Source of the DNA: Candidatus Poribacteria bacterium
GTDB lineage: Bacteria > Poribacteria > WGA-4E > WGA-3G
Direction of reading: 5' to 3'
DNA: 64,000 bases
NCBI GenBank assembly: GCA_965215265.1
Contig: OZ244048.1
Coordinates: 4,416,001-4,480,000 of the forward strand
The position numbers and the translations under genes are program-made. Position 1 is the first letter of the stretch. Every line of letters starts with the position of its first letter. The notes below the pieces were generated by a model. That model did not search any database. It saw only the letters and a program-made list of their open reading frames with translations, and was not told the origin of the DNA. Below are positions 39,085 through 48,628 of this stretch, one piece after another.

Positions 39085-40845
39085 ATGAGACTTGATAAAA
39101 ACCAGACAAAAGCGGTTAATCACGTTACCGGTCCTGCGATTGTGGTAGCGGGGCCGGGAAGTGGGAAAACAACGGTCATCGCCGAGCGGATTCTGAACCT
39201 CATCCGTGTCCATAACGTACCGCCGGAGAAGATTCTTGCAATTGCTTTTAATAGAAAAGCAGTTGAAGAGATGGAGAGCCGTATCTTGGCGGGATTAGGT
39301 AAGAACAGCTGTGCTCATGGTGCCTTGTTACCTGAAATCCGGACGCTTCATGCGTTCGGGAAGGATATTATCATCGAGAACTATCGGTACGCCGGATTTG
39401 CGCAGGAGCCGCAGATCTGGTCTGGACACCTTGGGCGAATGATCGTGACGGAGCGGAATCGACTTGAGCAGGAAGCCTCCACGACCACGGTTGCTATCTA
39501 TAAAATTGAGAGTAAGACGACCGGTAGGTGTTACATTGGTCAGAGCGTAGCTCCGGAGCGACGGGAGCGGGAGCATTTCAGCTATTCGTCAAATGATAGG
39601 CTCCGTCAGGCAATCCGGGCTGAAGGCGTGTCCGGATTCAGTTTTGAGGTGCTTGAATGGGTGCTTGGGGCAGATGCGAACCGTCGCGAGGCGTATTGGA
39701 TTGGGGTTTACAAGAACCAGTGCAGTGTCTTTAACCGTGCAGATCCGTTGCGAGAACGGTTTAGTAGTCAGGTGATGCTTGAGATGTTCTGTCAGCATTT
39801 CGGCATTCCTTATGAAGTGCATCTCGACCGGCACCCTGATTTCGAGAATTTGTTTGAACGGTTTGATGCCATCCAATCGGAAGTGATGCGAGCGAAACGG
39901 CAAGTTAAAACGGGGTTGTTCGACCCGAAGACGCTTGAGAACCGGGTTGTACAGGCGTTTGCAGAGAAATACGAGGCGGCGAAAACGGAGGCAAACGCTA
40001 TTGATTTCGAGGATATGCTTATCCATTCCGCGAATCTATTTGAACGGTGCCCGGACATCTGTCAAACCTACTGTGAAAGATATCCATATCTGCTTGTTGA
40101 TGAGTTTCAAGATATTTCGCCTGCAGATTTTCGGCTGATTTCCCGCTTATCAGAAAATCTTTTTGCTGTGGGGGACGATGACCAAGCGATTTACGGTTTT
40201 CGCGGCGGCAATTCGCAAATTATGCTTGAATTTGCCAGCCGTCGGGATGTTTCAAAATATGAGATTACGCGCAATTATCGTTCTACCTCGACACTTGTTG
40301 AGCATGCGAGGACCCTAATTGAACGTAACTTACCACGTATTAAGAAGGATCTCCGGGCGCATAACCCGGTTCGAGGTTGTATAAGCATTGTGGAGGCAAC
40401 GCCTGAAAGGTTAGAAGAGTTGTTATTGGTAGAATTAGCAACCCGCCAAGAGACAGCCGTCCTCGCCCGCACGAACTACGAAGTTGACGTGCTCGAAAAG
40501 ATGTTGAGCGGTAGACATGCTGAACACCGCCTATCGGAAATAACGACTATTCACAAAGCAAAGGGCCGTGAGTATGAGAAGGTTATCCTCATTCACAACG
40601 CATTGGGGCGACACTTCCCGCGTGGAGATAGCGATAGGACAGAGGAACGGCGCGTGCTCTATGTTGCAATGACGCGGGCGAAGTTGGAATTGGTTGTTTT
40701 GGGTGGGGATTGTCCTTTCATTCCGGAGTTTGAAAAGGTGCGTAAAAATTTAGGGTATTATTCGCGGCAGTTTGGGTATTGGTATGCGAGGCGGAAGTTG
40801 AATCAAAAAGAACTTGATTCTGCTAATAAAATGTCGGGGCATTAA
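39085..40845 (+). CDS. UvrD/Rep-family helicase with inserted GIY-YIG nuclease domain
   Basis: AGPGSGKT, DEFQD, GDDDQAIYGFRG, NYRS, TIHKAKGREY, YVAMTRA; internal AIYKI...YIGQS...R...E...FN. Confidence 0.88.
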   Translation: MRLDKNQTKAVNHVTGPAIVVAGPGSGKTTVIAERILNLIRVHNVPPEKILAIAFNRKAVEEMESRILAGLGKNSCAHGALLPEIRTLHAFGKDIIIENYRYAGFAQEPQIWSGHLGRMIVTERNRLEQEASTTTVAIYKIESKTTGRCYIGQSVAPERREREHFSYSSNDRLRQAIRAEGVSGFSFEVLEWVLGADANRREAYWIGVYKNQCSVFNRADPLRERFSSQVMLEMFCQHFGIPYEVHLDRHPDFENLFERFDAIQSEVMRAKRQVKTGLFDPKTLENRVVQAFAEKYEAAKTEANAIDFEDMLIHSANLFERCPDICQTYCERYPYLLVDEFQDISPADFRLISRLSENLFAVGDDDQAIYGFRGGNSQIMLEFASRRDVSKYEITRNYRSTSTLVEHARTLIERNLPRIKKDLRAHNPVRGCISIVEATPERLEELLLVELATRQETAVLARTNYEVDVLEKMLSGRHAEHRLSEITTIHKAKGREYEKVILIHNALGRHFPRGDSDRTEERRVLYVAMTRAKLELVVLGGDCPFIPEFEKVRKNLGYYSRQFGYWYARRKLNQKELDSANKMSGH

Positions 40846-40979
40846 AGGCCGAGTCGCACGGATTTTCCTCAGGCGCTTCAGCGGTTTTATGGACACCTAA
40901 AAACGACGCTTTGGGACAGAATCAGACTACTGCCTTGAATCAAGAAAAGGCGAGGCTCTTGGACATGCTGACAATGGCA

Positions 40980-41231
40980 TCAGATCCGCCTCTCGTATTC
41001 ATCGTGTGTTCCAATCCAGAACCAGATGAAATTCCCGTCTTCTTCACGGGCTAACGCTCTGTAACCTCCACTCACCCGTATTGCCCAAAGGTTTCCGACC
41101 TTTTTTAAATGAATTGAAGGGTGTCTGGGATTTTGCCGAAGGCGTTGAAACTTCTGCGGGACGCGGCTTCGGACATTGAACGGAAGTTTCGCGTAAGATT
41201 CCCAAAAATCGTCATCGAGAATATGGTTCAT
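40980..41231 (-). CDS. RelE/ParE-like toxin
   Basis: 83 aa, NPRHPSIHLKKV...RVSGGYRAL...WFWIGTHDEYE pattern. Confidence 0.8.
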   Translation of the reverse strand: MNHILDDDFWESYAKLPFNVRSRVPQKFQRLRQNPRHPSIHLKKVGNLWAIRVSGGYRALAREEDGNFIWFWIGTHDEYERRI

Positions 41232-41556
41232 GCTCTAACAGTTTCTGGAGTTCCTCTATGCTACGGCATTTGCCTTCTCGATAATTCTTCACCGCTTTTT
41301 CAGCAAGGGCATCCAGCCGTCCGGCTTTCACATCTTTTTCAAACTGCTGCTCCCATGCTTCTTCTTCTGCGACTAAGGTGTCATGAAGTTTATTTTCAAG
41401 GGTCTTCAGCAGTGCTTTTTCTGTAGGTGCCTCGCATTTAACTTCTGGAACATCTGGAATCCTCCCAAGCCAACTCGTGCTGTTTCTCTGAATGTGAGCG
41501 ATGTAGCTCTCTTCAAAGCCGTTATCATGAATCTCAACCTTCTTTATTTTTTCCAT
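41212..41556 (-). CDS. Putative antitoxin (HicB-like N-terminus + helical antitoxin C-terminus)
   Basis: WLGRIPDVPEV...; WEQQFEKDVKAGRLDALA; overlaps the toxin start. Confidence 0.7.
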   Translation of the reverse strand: MEKIKKVEIHDNGFEESYIAHIQRNSTSWLGRIPDVPEVKCEAPTEKALLKTLENKLHDTLVAEEEAWEQQFEKDVKAGRLDALAEKAVKNYREGKCRSIEELQKLLEHEPYSR

Positions 41557-42010
41557 TGTCTTCTCCTACGGATGAAGTTAGGTAGAGTTTTTCGGTGTCT
41601 GTCTGCAAATCGTGTTCCCAAGTTTTGGCGTTACGAAAAACAGATGGTTCTTCTGCCCACGAGGCGGTCAACAACCACTTAGGGATAAAAGCGACATCAA
41701 CACGTTTTTTAGAGTTCTGTAAATACCAACTTTCTAAACTTTGATGGATGTGTGGTGCAAATTCCCGATTACTGCGGTATGCCCGGAGCTCGCGAATAAG
41801 CGTTCTGCGGACTTGCTTTTGCTGCCTCTTGAAACGCCAGCGAGCGGCGTTACTCCGAAGATACTGTAGGAGATACCGGCGTTCTAAATTATAGCGATGA
41901 TTCCAAGAACGTCGTAACTCCTGAACAAGCAGGTCTTCAAGGGTAACCTTTTCAGGTATCCACTCGCCATTTTCAATACAGTTGAATTCGTAAAGGAATT
42001 GGTTCTTCAT
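41534..42010 (-). CDS. Hypothetical protein
   Basis: 158 aa ORF overlapping the antitoxin start; in frame with upstream ORF 42014-42220. Confidence 0.55.
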   Translation of the reverse strand: MKNQFLYEFNCIENGEWIPEKVTLEDLLVQELRRSWNHRYNLERRYLLQYLRSNAARWRFKRQQKQVRRTLIRELRAYRSNREFAPHIHQSLESWYLQNSKKRVDVAFIPKWLLTASWAEEPSVFRNAKTWEHDLQTDTEKLYLTSSVGEDNGKNKEG

Positions 42011-42350
42011 GTATTAGCTTTGCGGCAACCGGCTTACTTCTATCTCTGTCTGGATAGAGGCACCGGGGACAGAGAACGGCAGTATTAGGAACTCTTTGAA
42101 GGAAGCGTCCCAGAGCTTCTGTCTGCTTCTCGTTTTTTGAGCATTCCCGAAAGCATGGGCAATTGAGCAGGGGGCTCCATGCTTCCGTCTGCTTCTCGTT
42201 TTTTGAGCGTCCTCTAGCACTGTAGTTGGCTTTCTTAGATTCTTGCGTTCTTGATGCTTTCTTATAAATTATACCAGCATCTCTATTATTTTGTCAACGG
42301 CTTTTTTCTCCCCCAAAACCGACTTCTGGGCCATGGCTCACTTTTCTGCA

Positions 42351-42379
42351 TTGACTTTTTTTCTGTGGTGTAGTAAACT
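42351..42379 (+). promoter_or_regulatory. Sigma70 promoter
   Basis: TTGACT-17 nt-TAAACT before the MFS gene. Confidence 0.5.
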
Positions 42380-42436
42380 CCCTCTTAACTTTTAGCTGCA
42401 GTCCGCTGCGATGAGGAAGAAAATAACATCAACTTT

Positions 42437-43672
42437 ATGAAAAAGATGCCGCCTCTGAACGTCTCTACACGTGTGCAGTTCTATTTCCTAACGTTTGCGC
42501 ATACCGTTTTGGATTCTTATGCGACACTTTTATCCCACCTATTACCGTTACTGCTGACAAAGCTCGTCTCATCTGCGGCGCGTAACAGTTATGCAGGCAG
42601 ATTCATAGCGGTGTACAGCGTGTTCAGTTCGTTAGGGCAGCTCGTCTTCGGGTGGCTGTCAGACCGGGTGAAAACGGTACATTTCCTAACGTTAGGGGTT
42701 GCGTTCACTGCGATGGGGTTGAGTCTATTGGGGCTGGCGCGTTCTCAATTTGTTGTGTATCTGTTATTGAGTGTTGGTGGGCTGGGTGTGGCGGCTTTTC
42801 ATCCGCAAGCGACGACGTATGCCGGTGCGCTTTCGGCAAAGGGAAGAGGGTTGGGTACCTCCGTTTTTTTGACCGGTGGAAACGTTGGCCGGGCACTCGG
42901 GCCATTGGTGCTGATGCTCCTCCCGTATCGCTTCGGTCTGAAGCACCTTGTCTGGGAGATGATACCGGGAGTTCTGGTGGCGTTGTTAGTGCCCAAGGTT
43001 CTTCGCTTTCCGCGCGAATTGGACGTTACTGCCCGGGCGTTCGGTGCAGAACCGAGTTCTAAGTTGGGGCCGGAGCATCCGTTAGGCACGCGCATCCCGT
43101 TGCGTCGCGGTGTGCTTTTTCCGCTGACGGTGCTATTCGTTATCGCAGCGTTCCGGACGGTTACGTCCGTGGGGTTAGAAAGTTTTCTCTCGATTCATCT
43201 GGCAGATGAGGCATATTCAAACCAGGTGCGTTCTTTGGTTATCGCGCTCTTTATTTTTGCGGGTTCAGTGGGCATCATGATTGGGGGCTGGTTTTCGAGT
43301 CGGATTAATACATACATCCTATTGTTGTTCTCGCTCGTCGGTGCGCCGCCGCTTCTGTATGCGTCGCTTCACACGGATGGGGTGTCTTTCCTTATCTTTC
43401 TGTTTTTAGGCAATGTGGTTCTTTCAAGTTCGATCACGATTAACATTGTGCTTGCACAAATGCTGCTGCGTGGGCATGAAAACATCGCGTCAAGTCTGAT
43501 GATGGGTGCTGTGTGGGGTGTCGGTGGGTTATTGAATATACAAGTTGGGGCATTAGGGGACCGGTTTGGGCTGCCGATAGTGTTAGATGGGTTGGTGATG
43601 CTGCCGGTGGTGATGGCTCCGCTCCTGCTGCTGCTCCGTGCTCAGCCGGATTTGTCAAAGGTGCCGAAATAG
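42437..43672 (+). CDS. MFS transporter (Fsr-like)
   Basis: H..LD, FGWLSDR, GVAAFHP, GGNVGRALGP motifs. Confidence 0.88.
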   Translation: MKKMPPLNVSTRVQFYFLTFAHTVLDSYATLLSHLLPLLLTKLVSSAARNSYAGRFIAVYSVFSSLGQLVFGWLSDRVKTVHFLTLGVAFTAMGLSLLGLARSQFVVYLLLSVGGLGVAAFHPQATTYAGALSAKGRGLGTSVFLTGGNVGRALGPLVLMLLPYRFGLKHLVWEMIPGVLVALLVPKVLRFPRELDVTARAFGAEPSSKLGPEHPLGTRIPLRRGVLFPLTVLFVIAAFRTVTSVGLESFLSIHLADEAYSNQVRSLVIALFIFAGSVGIMIGGWFSSRINTYILLLFSLVGAPPLLYASLHTDGVSFLIFLFLGNVVLSSSITINIVLAQMLLRGHENIASSLMMGAVWGVGGLLNIQVGALGDRFGLPIVLDGLVMLPVVMAPLLLLLRAQPDLSKVPK

Positions 43673-43719
43673 AAAAGTGCATCGTGTGCGGGCGCTCGCT
43701 TCTACCGTTCTACCGTCCG

Positions 43720-44877
43720 TCAAAAACTCCACAAGAGACTAAGGAAATGGGTGTTGATTAAATCACCTATGAGGAGTGCGTAATCGAGACGGAACCGGCG
43801 AAGCTGAATGCCGATGCCGCTTGTTAAGCGTCCGTCTCGGTAACCGGCCCGGAGTGCCATTAGCACGCTGATATGATATTCAATGCCGATGTGCGTCTGT
43901 CCGCCATAGCGGCTCTGCCACTGATAGGCGAGGATGAGTTTTCGACTGAAAACGTTGGTGTTAAAATATGTAATGCCGAAATTCCAGTTTTCAGGGATGG
44001 ATTCTTTAATGGCGGAGCTGGTATTCCATGTTAAGGTCGTCTTGGAGATGTCTTGTAAATTGAGCCCGAGGGCGAAGCTGCCAACATTTTCAAGTCCGAA
44101 AAGTGCGTTGAGATCGGGTAGGCGGATGAGCATTCCTGCATCGAAGCCGTATCCGCTGTTTCCGTAGTCGCGAGTCTCCTGAGGCGTAGGCGTGGTGAAT
44201 CCGGTGATAGGTTCTGCTGGCGTTTGAGCGAGCGTTGCACTGCCGCCGAGGCGCTGTGAAATCCATTTGGCGTTAATACCGAATAGGAATTCCGGTGGCA
44301 CGGAGTCTCGTCCGAAGTTATCCCACCAAGATTGGCTAACAGCGAAGCGGGTTGCACATGTGAGGAGGTAGGCGTTTTCATTATCGCTGAGGAAGCCGGT
44401 CGGTACGAAGTCTTTCTCTTTAGGACGGTATCTAGTGAGATTTTTCCGTTGTTCGGCAGTGATATTTGGGTCAAACGCGGGTATCGTTGGATAGATAGGG
44501 ATATCGTCAATCCCGGCGCGAATCCACGAGAGCCCGAGTGAAAGGTTGGGTATAATCTGCTTGACGGCGGCTAGATAGTTGAAAGCCCCTAGTCCGGAGC
44601 GACGCGCGGCGTGCATGAAACAGAATTGGTAATTGTGTGAGAGTTTTGCGATTCCGGCGGGGTTCCAGTAGGTTGCAGTGGCATCGTCGGCGATGCTAAC
44701 ATAGGCACCGCCTAAACCGAGCGCACGCGCGCCGACTCCGTTGGTTAAAAAATCGCCGGTGTAATTCTCTGCCGATGCAGTGGCGAGCAGAATAATGCAA
44801 CCGAATCCGATAAGTATGAAGCATTTTAGGTTAACCAATGATTTCCATATCCTTCCTGTTTTGCGAGTCCTTCTCAC
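43720..44877 (-). CDS. PorV/UPF0164-like outer-membrane beta-barrel protein
   Basis: GVGARALGLGGAY...DDATATYWNPAG N-terminus, LRAGY, C-terminal Phe. Confidence 0.8.
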   Translation of the reverse strand: MRRTRKTGRIWKSLVNLKCFILIGFGCIILLATASAENYTGDFLTNGVGARALGLGGAYVSIADDATATYWNPAGIAKLSHNYQFCFMHAARRSGLGAFNYLAAVKQIIPNLSLGLSWIRAGIDDIPIYPTIPAFDPNITAEQRKNLTRYRPKEKDFVPTGFLSDNENAYLLTCATRFAVSQSWWDNFGRDSVPPEFLFGINAKWISQRLGGSATLAQTPAEPITGFTTPTPQETRDYGNSGYGFDAGMLIRLPDLNALFGLENVGSFALGLNLQDISKTTLTWNTSSAIKESIPENWNFGITYFNTNVFSRKLILAYQWQSRYGGQTHIGIEYHISVLMALRAGYRDGRLTSGIGIQLRRFRLDYALLIGDLINTHFLSLLWSF

Positions 44878-45740
44878 ACAAGATTTAAGTCAAAGACGTT
44901 CCAGTAGTATTGATACTTTGTGGATTTCCATCCGTTATAGATTTCATCCCAACCCATCCGATTGAAATGGGGTAAGAGTGAACCTGCTGTAACGGGTTTT
45001 GAGCATCCTTGGTATCGGTAATCAACCGAAAGACGCATCAGATTTCGCGTCTGATTGGGCAATGCCTTGTGCACGGTGTGGCTGTGAAAGAAGATGGCAT
45101 CGCCAAGTTTGTAATCGCCGGTGGCCCAGTGTAAACCGTCTGCTTCCAAGGGGGCGGTATCGATACCGAGTCCTCCAGCCCCGTGGGCAGGCTTGACCGG
45201 AAGGATGCCGGATCGATGTGAACCGACAAGGATTGACAACCCACCCAAGGCTTGTGGGCAGTCGCCAAGTGGAATCCAACCGGTGTAGGTTTCCTCAGTG
45301 CCGCGGATGTGGATGAAATCCTGATGCGCGGGCGTTGTGTATTTAGTGTTCTCTGGGAACATAATTCTTCCAATATTCCGGGGGTGTACGAGCGTTTTCT
45401 CGGAGAACAATTTATCGCACATGTCGAGAATCGCGGGGTGATGTGCGAAAGCGTGGAAGGATTCGAGAGATTGGAATTTGTCTAAAACCGGCCAATAGCC
45501 GTCATCGCCTTCCATAAGAGGGGTGCCGTTTCGGATGCCGTGCATGAGGTTTTGGCCCCCTTCAACCCAGCCGTGTCGATGACAGATTTCTAAGAATTCT
45601 CGGCGCAAATTGAGAATGGATTCGGTATCGATGAGGCGGCGAAAGTAGAGATAGCCGTCCTGCTGTGCCCGTTGGCGGAGTTTCTCGGCATCATCTAAGA
45701 GGGCATTTGAGACAGTGAAGGGGATAATATTTTTCATCAT
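44874..45740 (-). CDS. Phytanoyl-CoA dioxygenase (PhyH) family
   Basis: HQD, WIPL, GSH, GDAIFFHSHTVH, RLSVDYRY. Confidence 0.9.
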   Translation of the reverse strand: MMKNIIPFTVSNALLDDAEKLRQRAQQDGYLYFRRLIDTESILNLRREFLEICHRHGWVEGGQNLMHGIRNGTPLMEGDDGYWPVLDKFQSLESFHAFAHHPAILDMCDKLFSEKTLVHPRNIGRIMFPENTKYTTPAHQDFIHIRGTEETYTGWIPLGDCPQALGGLSILVGSHRSGILPVKPAHGAGGLGIDTAPLEADGLHWATGDYKLGDAIFFHSHTVHKALPNQTRNLMRLSVDYRYQGCSKPVTAGSLLPHFNRMGWDEIYNGWKSTKYQYYWNVFDLNLV

Positions 45741-45858
45741 GTGCTTCCTTCTGATATTACTGACGGATTGATTGGAAACATTATATCAACAATATGGGGC
45801 ATCTGTCAACTAAAACTGCGTTTTCCGGTCTGTATGCGATTTATGTTCAAATTTTCAG

Positions 45859-45887
45859 TTGACGTGTTCTTGGTTTTGGGTTATAGT
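45859..45887 (+). promoter_or_regulatory. Sigma70 promoter
   Basis: TTGACG-17 nt-TATAGT. Confidence 0.55.
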
Positions 45888-45929
45888 ATATCATAATCAC
45901 CCGGGCACGTCTATGGAGGAAAACACGCA

Positions 45930-46223
45930 ATGTTATTTGTTATCTTTGTCCTTGTCATTCCTATCACCGTTTGGGTGATTTTACACTTTATGACTCGAGA
46001 AAAATCGAGCGGCGAGTCTCCTGCGGAGGAAGTGAAAGATGTGTGTGCGCTCTGCCACCAAGAATTTCAGATAGACCGGCTGCTCGAGAAAGAGGTCGGG
46101 GAGTATGGGCGCATCTACTGCTTTTGCGGGGCATGTATTAAGGGTTTGTCGCGTGAATATGAAGATACCCGCGAACAGCACGTGCACGCTGGTCCGGAAC
46201 AAAAAGCCTCAGGATTGGAATAA
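45930..46223 (+). CDS. Small membrane-anchored CxxC...CxxC protein
   Basis: GGAGG RBS, N-terminal TM helix, CALC/CGAC. Confidence 0.7.
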   Translation: MLFVIFVLVIPITVWVILHFMTREKSSGESPAEEVKDVCALCHQEFQIDRLLEKEVGEYGRIYCFCGACIKGLSREYEDTREQHVHAGPEQKASGLE

Positions 46224-46234
46224 GGAGTTTTTCT

Positions 46235-47278
46235 ATGTATGATTTGGTAACGTTTGGTGAAGCGATGATTCGGCTGACTGCGCCGGAGTATATGCGGCTG
46301 GAGCAGGCGACATCGCTCGCCATGACAGCAGGCGGCGCAGAGATGAACGTCGCGGTGAACGCTGCGCAGCTCGGTTTGAGAGCCGCCTGGGTATCTCGAT
46401 TGGTTGATAACTGGTCTGGCCGCTATATCTGTAACAAGGGCCGCGAGTACGGCGTGGATATGTCGCATATCGTCTGGGTGGATTTTGACGGGGTTGGGTT
46501 GGAACGCAACGGGTTTTATCACCTTGAATTAGGAGCAGGGCCGCGCGCGAGCAGCGTCACCTATGATAGGGCACATTCGGCAATCTCAAAGGTTCAACCT
46601 GGTGAGATTGATTGGGCATCTCTTTTTAGTAATACGCGGTGGTTTCACCTGAGTGGGATTACGCCAGCATTGTCAGCATCGGCGGCGGCGGTTTCAGCGG
46701 AGGCACTTCAAGCCGCACGGGCAGCAGGTGTCAAAACGAGTTACGATTTGAACTTCCGTTCCAAGTTGTGGAATGCAGAGCAAGCACAAGCCGTGAATCA
46801 GCCGATGATGGAGCATGTTTGTGTGCTCATCGGGAATGAGGAAGATTTTGAGAAATCGCTCGGTTTCGCAGCAGAAGGTACGAATGAGGCGTACAGCAAA
46901 CTGGAGCCGGACAGTTACAAAGTTGTGGCGCAGCGAGTCAAAGAGGCGTTTCCGAACATTGAGATGATCGGCACGACGTTGCGCGATGCGAAAACAGGCT
47001 GGCTCAATGACTGGCGTACGCTTCTATTTGATGGGGCGGAATTCTATCTGTCTCGTATCTATGAAAACTTGGAATTAGTAGACCGGGTTGGTGGCGGTGA
47101 TAGTTTTTCGTCGGGATTAATCTATAGTCTACTGAACGAAAAATCGCCGCAGGAGGCAGTGGATTTCGCCGGTGGTTACTCCGCTTTGGCACATACCTTC
47201 CCCGGCGATTTCAATTGGGCAACGGCAGAAGAGGCAGAAAAAGCGATGCAGGCAGGCAGTGTGCGTATTAGTAGGTAA
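46235..47278 (+). CDS. kdgK: PfkB sugar kinase, 2-keto-3-deoxygluconate kinase-like
   Basis: FGEAMIRL, GGAEMNVA, DLNFRSKLW, GNEED, DRVGGGDSF. Confidence 0.8.
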   Translation: MYDLVTFGEAMIRLTAPEYMRLEQATSLAMTAGGAEMNVAVNAAQLGLRAAWVSRLVDNWSGRYICNKGREYGVDMSHIVWVDFDGVGLERNGFYHLELGAGPRASSVTYDRAHSAISKVQPGEIDWASLFSNTRWFHLSGITPALSASAAAVSAEALQAARAAGVKTSYDLNFRSKLWNAEQAQAVNQPMMEHVCVLIGNEEDFEKSLGFAAEGTNEAYSKLEPDSYKVVAQRVKEAFPNIEMIGTTLRDAKTGWLNDWRTLLFDGAEFYLSRIYENLELVDRVGGGDSFSSGLIYSLLNEKSPQEAVDFAGGYSALAHTFPGDFNWATAEEAEKAMQAGSVRISR

Positions 47279-47560
47279 ATAAATTTCTTTATCATGTTGT
47301 GAGCTCCGTCTAGAGATATCCTCTTGTTCCGAAAATTCATCCGCCAAATTGGTGGGATTAAAAGGATTCGATGGTTCGATCAACTACGGCGTTTTGATTC
47401 CAAATTGGCACGATTAAAAGTCTTTTGCATTAAGAGCAAAGATGAGCACTATAGTTGCAAGGAGGGTGAGGTTGAGGTGCGATGCATGCTGAAGAGTACG
47501 ATGAAGGCGAAAGTTAAGAGAAGGCGACAGAACGTTATGGCATTTGCAAGCATAACCGGC

Positions 47561-47977
47561 TTATTCCTCCGGTGTGGTTGCGAGATATTTCGGATGGGAT
47601 TGGATGCCGGGGGGATAGTAGATTTCCCAGATTTTCACGAGGCCCTTCTCGAAGTTTTCCGTAGGGTAAATAGGAATGAATGCCTCGCTTGGCTCCCCAC
47701 GTAGAAATGGAGCTGTGGCAGCTTCTTTACCTGTTAACATGAGATGGGTGACAGTATGCGTTTTTAGGAATTCTAATGCCGCTCTCTCGTTTTTAGCGAA
47801 GTTGATCGACTGCTGGTAGAGATGTATCCAATGCGGTATGTAGTGGTCCTGATCCACAATAGTTTTCATCCCTGCCAGGACATTGAGTTGACTTCCGTGG
47901 TTCCAGTGAGCTGCAACGACGGAAGTAGATGGTAGGTTGCTTTTTATCCAATTGAACGCCTGGGCGAGGCTGCCCCT
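47561..47977 (-). pseudogene. C-terminal fragment of an STT3/AglB-like membrane glycosyltransferase
   Basis: Open frame without a proper start: AFNWIKSNLPSTSVVAAHWNHGSQLNVLAGMKTIVDQD, resembling the WWDYG region. Confidence 0.55.
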
Positions 47978-48034
47978 TTAAGAGTGCTAGTGACGATTGC
48001 TGTCCCGATTTTTCGCATCACCCTAAGTTTAGTC

Positions 48035-48292
48035 TCAATCTTTCCGCGTTCGCGAACGTTGCTCATACTTTTTGTCAAGTTGCTTACGGCGTTCAGCATC
48101 TAAGTCAATCGGATCGTAAACGCATTTTAGAAAGGTGGTATCCGTTGAAAAGGCATAGAAGATCCTGTAGAAAAGCATTGGGTCTTGGACCGCAATCCGA
48201 AGCAAAGCCTCTGAGCGTCCATGTTTTTCAAAGAGGGCTTTTATCCATCGAACATCGTGGCGAAGCATCAATGTGGGGCGATTATCACGCAC
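48035..48292 (-). CDS. Hypothetical protein or gene fragment
   Basis: 85 aa ORF in a decayed region. Confidence 0.4.
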   Translation of the reverse strand: MRDNRPTLMLRHDVRWIKALFEKHGRSEALLRIAVQDPMLFYRIFYAFSTDTTFLKCVYDPIDLDAERRKQLDKKYEQRSRTRKD

Positions 48293-48384
48293 GGGAACTG
48301 GCAGTTCTACTCTGGCGAGAGATAATGGATAAGCCGTACCTGACGTTTTTCTAAGTCAGAGCAATTTTTTCATCTATCCAAAGC

Positions 48385-48425
48385 AAAAAAAATAGGGGCA
48401 ACCACTTGTGAGGGTGGCTGCCCCT
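48385..48425 (-). terminator. Rho-independent terminator
   Basis: AGGGGCAGCCAC-loop-GTGGTTGCCCCT followed by A and a T-run on the minus strand. Confidence 0.75.
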
Positions 48426-48628
48426 GGTTAGGTTAGTTTAGTTTAGTTTAACTTAGAGCTCACTGCGGTGATGGCTAGCACTGGCGAACGCCGTTCCAGA
48501 TCCAGTTTATCACGATAAGCACTCTCGCGCCGCAGGTTGATGACACGCGCATCAGGGAAGTGAAGTGGCCAGAGGTGCAACCAGTGTCCGAAACGCCTGA
48601 GTCTAACATGACTTTACCTCCATGTTAA

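Noticed and set aside
39490-39740. Intein or group I intron explanation for the GIY-YIG insert
   Set aside because: No Cys/Ser start with His-Asn end splice motifs, the insert is short and in frame, and there is no intron-like flanking RNA
42115-42208. Two 28-bp repeats with a 38-bp spacer (CRISPR-like geometry)
   Set aside because: Only two copies, not palindromic, and the 66-bp period is in frame within an ORF (AQKTRSR twice)
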